Below are positions 53,062-59,947 of a stretch of DNA of 64,000 nucleotides, piece after piece (within the stretch, counting starts at the first letter, position 1; the number at the start of each line of letters is the position of its first letter). Both the position numbers and the translations under genes were made by a program. This DNA is from a virus. Its lineage: Duplodnaviria > Heunggongvirae > Uroviricota > Caudoviricetes. The notes under the pieces were generated by a model. It did no database searches and was not told the DNA's origin. It saw nothing but the letters and a program-made list of their open reading frames with translations. The stretch spans positions 180,967 through 244,966 of IMG/VR virus record IMGVR_UViG_3300014208_000025; one strand, written 5' to 3'.

Positions 53062-53207
53062 TTACAAATATTTACTTAAAAGTATTTTTGATTCATGTAT
53101 CATTTGTAAAACGTTTTTCGATTCTTCCATATTAACATCATATGTCAACAAGTATTTTTCCATGAAACGAATATGTTCTTTAAGACGTTTAATTATATGG
53201 GATTTTT

Positions 53208-53393
53208 TCATTCACCTTTAATAAAGGTCTTTTTGACCACTTTAATTTTTTTGGCTATTTCTTCCACCGTATCGTTTGGATGCCAGAGTTCTTTAGAATC
53301 CAACATGGCTTGAACATACTTCTCCAAGTCTTGAATAGCCTTGTAAGTTTCCTTGGGTTTGATTCTTTCAAATTCGTCAATGTTTGTTATCAT
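53208..53393 (-). CDS. Hypothetical protein (61 aa)
   Basis: Start moved to MITNIDEF, coupled to the nadE stop. Confidence 0.5.
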   Translation of the reverse strand: MITNIDEFERIKPKETYKAIQDLEKYVQAMLDSKELWHPNDTVEEIAKKIKVVKKTFIKGE

Positions 53394-54186
53394 ATAGTTT
53401 GAAAACCGGAATTGGATTGAGTTTATGTTGACCGGCATTATGCCATTTTTGGTAACTTTTAATGACTTCCCTTTGTCTAAGGGATAATTCATCGGGGTTG
53501 TATCCAACCATACCAACTCCATCAAGAAACCACATAACCCACTCCAATTCCTCGTAACTAGCACCCAATTGTTGTTCATCTGTACGAGTGTCTTCCCACA
53601 AACCATCTGTAGGGATGGCGTTAGTTAATTCAGGCAATACACCCAACTCACGACACATGGCCCGAACTTCGGTCTTGGTCAAATCGCCAATTGGGGAAAG
53701 ATCAACACCGCCGTCTCCATATTTGGTGAAGAAACCTACTCCGTAATCTTCCACCTTGTTACCGGTTCCAATGACAAGACCTTCGTTGACGGTCGCCACT
53801 TGATACAGAGCAATCATACGTAAACGACTTTTGGTGTTCGCATAAGCAAGAGGCATATCAAAATCCTTGCTCAAATAATTGATCGTTGTTTTGAAAACCT
53901 CAAACGTAGCGGTCAAATCAATACGAACAGATTGAACGTTTTTATACAAACATTCCAATTGAAGCCAGTTTATATGAAGCATACCACGGTCGGTTTGGTC
54001 TTCCTTGGAATGACACGGCATGGTGACACAGATGGTTGGAAGGCCGGTCTTGGCACAGAGGGTGGAAACAAGAGCCGAATCAACGCCACCGGACACTCCG
54101 ATGACGAGCGCCTTACGTTTGTTGGTTTCGGCATAGTTCTTCAACCACGCCACAATCTGATCGGATATCTGTTTTATGTCTTTCAT
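53377..54186 (-). CDS. nadE: NH3-dependent NAD+ synthetase
   Basis: SGGVDSA PP-loop, NTKSRLRM, GTGNKVE..VGFFTKYGDGGVD..PIGDLTKTEV, PTDGLW...DE.QLG.SY. Confidence 0.95.
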   Translation of the reverse strand: MKDIKQISDQIVAWLKNYAETNKRKALVIGVSGGVDSALVSTLCAKTGLPTICVTMPCHSKEDQTDRGMLHINWLQLECLYKNVQSVRIDLTATFEVFKTTINYLSKDFDMPLAYANTKSRLRMIALYQVATVNEGLVIGTGNKVEDYGVGFFTKYGDGGVDLSPIGDLTKTEVRAMCRELGVLPELTNAIPTDGLWEDTRTDEQQLGASYEELEWVMWFLDGVGMVGYNPDELSLRQREVIKSYQKWHNAGQHKLNPIPVFKLYDNKH

Positions 54187-54220
54187 AATGAGGATATGAT
54201 AGACCCGATTGTAGAAAAAG

Positions 54221-54559
54221 TCAAGAAGGTTTTTCTTGTTTCTGCTTGGTCGGTGATAGAGGCGGATTTTTCATCCAATCAACTAACGGTTTGTTTTTTG
54301 GATCGGATAAATCCCGAGTGGTGTTTTTAGACACGAAGGTTTTTATTTTTTCTGGAGAAATGTTAGCTTTTTTTAAGAATTGTTCTGAATGACGACCACA
54401 AACACCGTGAGATACTGACCAACCTTTATCTAAATAGGATTGTTTGTCAATTCCCACTTCTTGCTCGCATTCGGCACAAATCCCAACTAACATGTCAGGC
54501 TTTGTTTTGGAAAAGTTATTATTGAAATCTTCGGCCATGTTCAATAAATAGTAATTCAA
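54221..54559 (-). CDS. Hypothetical protein (112 aa)
   Basis: CAEC...HGVC metal-binding motif. Confidence 0.5.
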   Translation of the reverse strand: MNYYLLNMAEDFNNNFSKTKPDMLVGICAECEQEVGIDKQSYLDKGWSVSHGVCGRHSEQFLKKANISPEKIKTFVSKNTTRDLSDPKNKPLVDWMKNPPLSPTKQKQEKPS

Positions 54560-54645
54560 ATCACATTAACATTCTCAAGACCAATTTGGCTTTTTTCAAC
54601 TTCTCTTTGGTCTTGTCAAATTCTTCTTGTGATTTCATAACAAAT

Positions 54646-54720
54646 TGGCGGGCAGGTTAACTCGTCATTATTCATGCCCGTTCTCCGCTAAGAAAACAGT
54701 CGATTGTCAGACGCCGCCCA
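54646..54720 (-). pseudogene. Degenerate CCA-ended tRNA-like sequence
   Basis: GGGCGG/CTGCCC+GCCA stem; malformed D and T arms. Confidence 0.35.
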
Positions 54721-54725
54721 TAAAT

Positions 54726-54802
54726 TGGTAGCCACTTTGGGATTCGAACCCAAACATTTTCCCTTTTGAGGGGAACGACTCCTCCCGTTGGTCTAAGTGG
54801 CC
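54726..54802 (-). tRNA. tRNA-Leu(CAA) with short variable loop
   Basis: TTCCC-CTCAAAA-GGGAA; 5-nt variable loop; GGCCACT/AGTGGCT-ACCA. Confidence 0.8.
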
Positions 54803-54961
54803 ATACGGCTTATTTATGTCCGCCGTTCGACAAGGGGCGAAGTCCAATAAATTGAACCGCCCTCCACCAGCAGAGTATCTAAATTCGACTCATAAGCCAT
54901 TATCGAACATGCGTCTCAGGTAACTTACGCCCGAGGGTATCATGGATACTCTACGGCAATA

Positions 54962-54989
54962 ACTATACACCGAATGAGGGAAATGTCAA
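54962..54989 (-). promoter_or_regulatory. Sigma70-type promoter
   Basis: TTGACA-N16-TATAGT. Confidence 0.7.
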
Positions 54990-55729
54990 GTGGTAAGTGA
55001 CAATTTGGAACACAATTCGGAAAACTCTTTCCAAGTTGGGGGAAGAGCAACAAGCTCAGCGGCACCGAAGAAGCCTGTTTTGGTAGTGTTTTCCGCAATC
55101 ATTATCAAGTTATCATCGACACAAGTTTCCAATACCTTTGGTGACGCAATCCCTAACAACCACACCGATTCGTTATCAGTAATACCAATCACGTTCGCAC
55201 ATCGATATTTTTTTCCAATATGTTTGCCTGTATCACAAACATAGGAACGAGTCGTTTTGAATACCAACGGAACATTGTTAATAGAAGAGCCTTTAATATC
55301 ACAAATAATACCAAGAGGCAACAAGTCAGGATAGTTCTTACGTGATGACTTCGCTACAATGGAATCATCAAACTTGGCTTGCTTACCATAGAACTTCAAC
55401 AATCCGTATTCTATTGAAGCTCCCGTCATTTCTCGTTTGGAACGATATTGATTGTCAATTCCCTTCCATTCAGTTTCCTTTGCCTTTGCTTTAGCGATGG
55501 AAAACGATTCAATCAATTCCCTATCCCTTTTAGTGAGCGTCAACTTTTGACCATTATCTTCACACACCTTCATACGTGGTAAGAAAAGATTGTCAAATAT
55601 GAAGTGATTGAATTTTATTCGAAAATGCTTCGTTAAAGGACTACCATCCTCAACGCCTAACGATTTGTAAAAAGTTGATGTCAACATACTATACATACTA
55701 ACGATACTGTGTAATAAGTATGGTGTCAA
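54986..55729 (-). CDS. Hypothetical protein, possible PD-(D/E)xK fold (<=247 aa)
   Basis: GASIE...YPDL...ICDIKGS spacing. Confidence 0.45.
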   Translation of the reverse strand: MTPYLLHSIVSMYSMLTSTFYKSLGVEDGSPLTKHFRIKFNHFIFDNLFLPRMKVCEDNGQKLTLTKRDRELIESFSIAKAKAKETEWKGIDNQYRSKREMTGASIEYGLLKFYGKQAKFDDSIVAKSSRKNYPDLLPLGIICDIKGSSINNVPLVFKTTRSYVCDTGKHIGKKYRCANVIGITDNESVWLLGIASPKVLETCVDDNLIMIAENTTKTGFFGAAELVALPPTWKEFSELCSKLSLTT

Positions 55730-55741
55730 CTTCTTATACCA

Positions 55742-56158
55742 TCAACACAATTCGATGATACCAAAATTGTATTTTCCGAATTCCAAAACTATCGCATCAA
55801 GATTGGGTAACGCATCCGTCTTTGTGAGAATACGATTGATGTCAGTTACAACTTTTCGATTAACTCGCACTCCATTATTGCGAATGGCTTTACGAGCGTC
55901 ACCCTTACTACTACATAATCCAATCCATTCCAATGCGTCAATCAACGAGATGGTTTTCTCTCTGTCCATTGCGACTTGTCGATAGCCAAAAATAGAACAC
56001 ATGGTTTTTCCATCTGGCCACAATAATTCTTCCGACCATTGCGAGGGGTCGAGTTCGGAGGCCATGATACATTTGTCCACAACGGTCATTTTAGCCGAAC
56101 GCAATTCTTCCATAGCCTTAAAGAATTGGGAGAGACATGGTTTTACTTCGTCGGTCAT
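55742..56158 (-). CDS. Stand-alone TyrRS C-terminal S4-like RNA-binding domain (138 aa)
   Basis: LIDALEWIGLCSSKGDARKAIRNNGVRVNRK...LEFGKYNFGII. Confidence 0.75.
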   Translation of the reverse strand: MTDEVKPCLSQFFKAMEELRSAKMTVVDKCIMASELDPSQWSEELLWPDGKTMCSIFGYRQVAMDREKTISLIDALEWIGLCSSKGDARKAIRNNGVRVNRKVVTDINRILTKTDALPNLDAIVLEFGKYNFGIIELC

Positions 56159-56412
56159 GATTGGTCTTTACAGAGAATGAAAGTGTGTTGCACGGTCACT
56201 ACTTTGAACGGGTAGGTTGGCGGAAACGCATGGTCAAACTCCACCATCCAATTATCAAGGATATGTTCGGATGCTTTGCCCACAATCTTGCCCGTTTCAA
56301 TTCCCGAAGGAAAACCGAAACATGACATGTCAACCTGCACGAATTCGCCGTCTGAGAATTTGGGTTTGTTTTCTAGGGTATATCGTTTCATAGACCACCA
56401 GAATATCACCAA
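56155..56412 (-). CDS. Hypothetical protein (85 aa)
   Basis: ORF track; KFSDGEFV small beta-barrel-like. Confidence 0.45.
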   Translation of the reverse strand: MVIFWWSMKRYTLENKPKFSDGEFVQVDMSCFGFPSGIETGKIVGKASEHILDNWMVEFDHAFPPTYPFKVVTVQHTFILCKDQS

Positions 56413-56436
56413 AGAGGGAAAAAGTCAATCAAGAAG

Positions 56437-56511
56437 TGGTGGAGCCACGGGGAGTCGAACCCCGATTTTCAGATTGCAAATCTGACGTATTACCGTTATA
56501 CAGATGACCCC
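56437..56511 (-). tRNA. tRNA-Ala(UGC)
   Basis: TCAGA-TTTGCAA-TCTGA; G3:U70. Confidence 0.95.
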
Positions 56512-56516
56512 AAAAG

Positions 56517-56594
56517 TGGTAGCGCTGACAGGATTCGAACCTGCACTGAACTCGCCCTAAACGAGTTGCCATCTTCCAGTTGGGCTACAGCGCC
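56517..56594 (-). tRNA. tRNA-Leu(UAG) with short variable loop
   Basis: ACTCG-TTTAGGG-CGAGT; 5-nt variable loop. Confidence 0.8.
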
Positions 56595-56606
56595 ATTACA
56601 ATCATA

Positions 56607-56634
56607 ACTATACACAAAGACATGAAAATGTCAA
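56607..56634 (-). promoter_or_regulatory. Sigma70-type promoter
   Basis: TTGACA-N16-TATAGT. Confidence 0.7.
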
Positions 56635-57119
56635 CCTTTATTTTTGGCTCCCCAAGTTTCTGTTTGTTGATGACAATTAGGACAAAGAAATCTTAAATTG
56701 TCAAGTCGGTTATCGGTGTGATTTCCGTTTTTATGGTCAACATGAAATCTTATAGGTCTATCCAACCATTCGGTTAGTTTACATGTCGAACATTCTGACA
56801 TCCATCCTAATTCAATCAACCGACCAAAGAGTTTACTTGACCCATATCCAGAATTTTGACAAAATACCTGTTCGTGGGGGGTTCTTACTTTCAATGATTG
56901 GATTCTTAAAATTTGATTGGAATGTTTTGTTTTTCCTTTGTTCCAAATACAGCCAGTAAAATGAGATGTGTCAATCCCATATTCCTTGATTCTCATGGTT
57001 ATCAGCCGATGAACTCCGCCCGTGACCTTCAACCCCAAATTATTTAACAAATTAGTATAGTTTGTTGATTGTTTAACAAATGGAGTTAAAAACTCTTTGG
57101 TATATTTTCGTTTTCTCAT
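56631..57119 (-). CDS. HNH homing endonuclease (162 aa)
   Basis: HVDHKNGNHTDNRLDNLRFLCPNCHQQT. Confidence 0.9.
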   Translation of the reverse strand: MRKRKYTKEFLTPFVKQSTNYTNLLNNLGLKVTGGVHRLITMRIKEYGIDTSHFTGCIWNKGKTKHSNQILRIQSLKVRTPHEQVFCQNSGYGSSKLFGRLIELGWMSECSTCKLTEWLDRPIRFHVDHKNGNHTDNRLDNLRFLCPNCHQQTETWGAKNKG

Positions 57120-57165
57120 GCAGATACATATGAGAGAATGTGGAAAACGCATCAGAAAAGTAAAT

Positions 57166-58115
57166 TGGAGGGAATTCTACATTGAGAAGGTTCACCAAAG
57201 AAGTCAAGGATTTCACGGAAGTTCCCCGAAGGTCTATTCCTAACAGTTTTGAGAGTTGCTTCGGTTGAGACTACACCGTTGCGTATCGGCCCTCAGAGAT
57301 TATCGTAGCCTTGCGAGCTACCTTCCTCTTCATCCACATTGACCCGCCACGGGGACGGTATCATGTAGCCGATAAGTCTGCCTTTGAATGGTGGCATGTC
57401 CATTAAAACGATAACATATTCCGCGTTTATTCAAACGTCTGCCTTGCGAGCAGTAAGTACCGCGAAGTACTCCGTTCACTTCCACACGAACAACTTTCAC
57501 CTTGCGAGTTACGGTTGACTGAGTTACCTTACGGCCTCAGCATTAAGACTTTTTCAGTCATCGCTAGCACCGACTTTGCTTTTTAATGATAGTGGCTTTG
57601 ACACCACAACACATAGTTCCAATAACTATTGCTCTACTTTGAGCTATATCGAACCTAACCTGCTGGTGCGGTGCTTGCTGTTTCATAAACCTTGCGGAAT
57701 ACAAAATCCAGCACCAGCACTAATCTTTCCTTGCGGTACTCAATCCATCCTTCAAGATTCCGTCCTCAGTGTAAGCCTTGGCCGGTTTCTATCAGATTGT
57801 CACGAAGCTTTTGACTGCTAATCTCAAACCTCATTACTTAGCTTAAATCTCAACTCTCACTGTTGCGCTCGGCAGATGGTAGTGCTCGTCGGCATCGTTA
57901 GTAGTATGTTGCCGGAGTTACCCACAACATACATTTTCCATCCCAGCTTTAAGTGTAACACCCACCTTACGGCGATGTTTACAGATTTTGCTCGTTGTAT
58001 AGGCGTCCAAACCTTTCGGCTTGGTGGGCACCCGTTAGGGAGTGTCCCTTTGGCCCCATTACTGGGGTTTATCTTTATCCACCCTTGCGGGTGAAACGGA
58101 GGCCATACCCCCCGT
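57166..58115 (-). ncRNA. Giant structured ncRNA (~950 nt), GOLLD-like
   Basis: No credible ORF; dense hairpins with recurring GCAA, GAAA, GTAA and TTCG tetraloops; ends CCTCCA; inside a phage tRNA array. Family call from size and context only. Confidence 0.6.
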
Positions 58116-58277
58116 AAATTCAACTAACAAAGAACAATCTACAAATAGAATAGCAATCGGTCTGGCCCCACGGGTAGGACGACTACTACACATGACAAAC
58201 ATCCTATCCTACCGTGTGCCTTTGCTTGGATATCCGTCTCTCAAACTTTTGGAATTGCGTTCCGTTACTGTGAAGAC

Positions 58278-58306
58278 ATTATTACACATCTTCAACTATT
58301 TGTCAA
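58278..58306 (-). promoter_or_regulatory. Sigma70-type promoter upstream of the giant ncRNA
   Basis: TTGACA-N17-AATAAT (or N16-TAATAA). Confidence 0.6.
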
Positions 58307-58368
58307 CCACTTTTTAACGCTTCGGGCGTTTTATTTACAAGTCGTTGACTACCAACACTATCAAAAAT

Positions 58369-58444
58369 TGGTCGGAATGCCGGGACTCGAACCCGGAAAT
58401 CTCGTGTACCCGAAACACGCGGAATACCATTATCCTACATTCCG
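58369..58444 (-). tRNA. tRNA-Pro(CGG)
   Basis: CGTGT-TTCGGGT-ACACG; C1-G72. Confidence 0.95.
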
Positions 58445-58445
58445 A

Positions 58446-58519
58446 TGGTAGGCAATCTGAGAATTGAACTCAGGACTGAATCGTGTCGGAATTCTGTGTT
58501 TCCACTATACCAATTGCCT
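58446..58519 (-). tRNA. tRNA-Val(GAC) with C33
   Basis: GAATT-CCGACAC-GATTC. Confidence 0.8.
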
Positions 58520-58568
58520 AATCGTAGATACATAGTATCACATTTTGAAAACCTGTCAAGTTTTTTCT

Positions 58569-58949
58569 TCAAAGAAGTTTACAGAACTGGGTAATGTGTT
58601 GAATTTGTTCACGCGTAGCGGGGCCAATTCCCAAGGCCGTCACCGTAGGTTGACCGTTAAAGAAGTTGGCACAGCCTGAATCCACCACGACATACGTTGA
58701 CAATCCGGCTGCACGAGCTTCGTTTTCGATGCGATACAATTGAGCGATGTCAGGCACTTGAAGACATATTTTTGTGCCGGGAGATTTGGGGAAATCTTGG
58801 TGATAAGATTGAAGAGCAATCTGGTCTTTACAGTTCACGAAGGCACCCAAAAAAGCGTGGCCAGCCTGTGAAGCGATTTTACCTTTATCCATGCCCAAGT
58901 CGGTTCTGACCAAGGCGTAAAGGCGGTATGTGTTATCCTATTGTTTCAT
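58569..58949 (-). CDS. pth2: Peptidyl-tRNA hydrolase type 2 with in-frame amber at codon 4
   Basis: SD AAAGGAAA, ATG AAA CAA TAG GAT AAC ACA TAC CGC CTT TAC GCC TTG GTC AGA; VRTDLGMDKGKIASQAGHA...KICL...VVDSG...TALGIGP. Confidence 0.85.
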
Positions 58950-58983
58950 ATGTTTCCTTTTTGTTTTGTTGTTGACCGTAAAT

Positions 58984-59079
58984 TGGTGGTTGGTGAATCA
59001 AGCAAGTTCATGACCTTGTGCTCTCGACTCGGTTCGTGATTGATACTCGTCTAGCCTTTCTCTTTCACTACTCCAACCA
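58984..59079 (-). ncRNA. CCA-ended hairpin RNA (96 nt)
   Basis: GGTTGG/CCAACC+ACCA terminal stem with nested stems. Confidence 0.35.
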
Positions 59080-59084
59080 TAAAT

Positions 59085-59235
59085 TGGTGTCAGTAGATGG
59101 ATTCGAACCACCATGTCAAATTTCATGTTTACATCCCACAATGGTAAACCATTGTTTTGACTTTCCACCAGCATAACGTTCGTCTGGCGTTTATCATTAC
59201 TCTCGTCTCCGTCTATCTCATTCCGGCATACTGAC
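59085..59235 (-). ncRNA. Expanded tRNA-Leu-like RNA (151 nt) with multibranch insert replacing the anticodon arm
   Basis: GTCAGTA/TACTGAC+ACCA (same acceptor as Leu-CAA 37190), T-arm GGTGG-TTCGAAT-CCATC; internal GCCAG/CTGGT, GTCAAA/TTTGAC, ACAATGG/CCATTGT. Confidence 0.65.
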
Positions 59236-59240
59236 GTAAT

Positions 59241-59426
59241 TGGTGCCTCTGGCAGGACTCGAACCTGCGACCTACCGTTTTTTAAGGATGGGTGCTCTGC
59301 CGTTTTACCGACTGACGAATAGAATGAGCATACCCTTTCCTCTCCACACTCACTTTCCTGCAGGCTATGAATGTCTTGAGAATACTCTGTCTCACTCTTC
59401 CTCGTCACCAACTGAGCTACCGAGGC
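59241..59426 (-). tRNA. tRNA (UAA loop, class I body) with ~100-nt structured D-loop insertion
   Basis: GCTC-AGTTGG-[TGACGA...TCGTCA]-GTCGGTAAAACGGCA-GAGC; loop CTTAAAA on an imperfect stem; intact T-arm; ACCA. Confidence 0.6.
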
Positions 59427-59431
59427 GAAAT

Positions 59432-59486
59432 TGGTGGTCGCATCTGGACTTGAACCAAAGGAAACAACTGAATTGTTATTGCGACC
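59432..59486 (-). ncRNA. 55-nt mini-tRNA copy 1
   Basis: GGTCGCA-AT-AACAA ttcag TTGTT-TCC-TTTGG ttcaagt CCAGA-TGCGACC-ACCA. Confidence 0.75.
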
Positions 59487-59488
59487 GT

Positions 59489-59543
59489 TGGTGGTTGGCG
59501 CAGGACTTGAACCTGCGGAACATGCTAAACGTGTATGCCAACC
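59489..59543 (-). ncRNA. 55-nt mini-tRNA copy 2
   Basis: GGTTGGC-AT-ACACG tttag CATGT-TCC-GCAGG ttcaagt CCTGC-GCCAACC-ACCA. Confidence 0.75.
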
Positions 59544-59572
59544 AAATTGTGGAAATACTAACTTGAAGAAAA

Positions 59573-59647
59573 TGGCGCCCCATGCGGGATTCGAACCCGC
59601 ACAAAATTCTTTTAGAGAGAACTGCACTGGCCGTTGTGCTAATGAGG
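59573..59647 (-). tRNA. Candidate amber suppressor tRNA (CUA)
   Basis: Loop CT-CTA-AA at canonical positions 32-38; stem pairs well only when shifted by one nt (8-nt loop); intact D/T arms, G73, CCA. Confidence 0.55.
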
Positions 59648-59730
59648 CATTGGAAGAAAGAATGATTGCGTCAGTGATTTTGTCACCGTTGCCTGAAACC
59701 TATGTAAAGTTGTTCTTCATTACGCCAATA

Positions 59731-59758
59731 ACTATATCAGACCATTTGAAAATGTCAA
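59731..59758 (-). promoter_or_regulatory. Sigma70-type promoter heading the atypical-tRNA/pth2 operon
   Basis: TTGACA-N16-TATAGT. Confidence 0.7.
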
Positions 59759-59947
59759 GAACTATCGTAAGAAAAAACTTACAACAAAATGAACAACAAA
59801 GTCCCAATTACGGGTCCGATGCAAGATAACAAATACATTTTTTTCTTCTGTTCATATGTTTTATTTTTCGTAAATGGAAACATAAAAATAGGTGTTGCGA
59901 ACAATAGTATAGCTAGAATTTTTATCATATGTCCTTATAAATATAGT

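Noticed and set aside
56631-58115. IscB/HEARO (OMEGA) system from HNH next to a long RNA
   Set aside because: The HNH is 162 aa with no PLMP or RuvC motifs, typical of a free-standing homing endonuclease.
58998-59627. 209-aa ORF (and the + strand 108/132-aa ORFs)
   Set aside because: They read through tRNA and mini-tRNA genes; the sequence is explained by RNA structure.
31966-59650. tmRNA
   Set aside because: All Ala-type acceptor ends close within ~75 nt as normal tRNAs; no tag ORF or long pseudoknot domain was found by eye.
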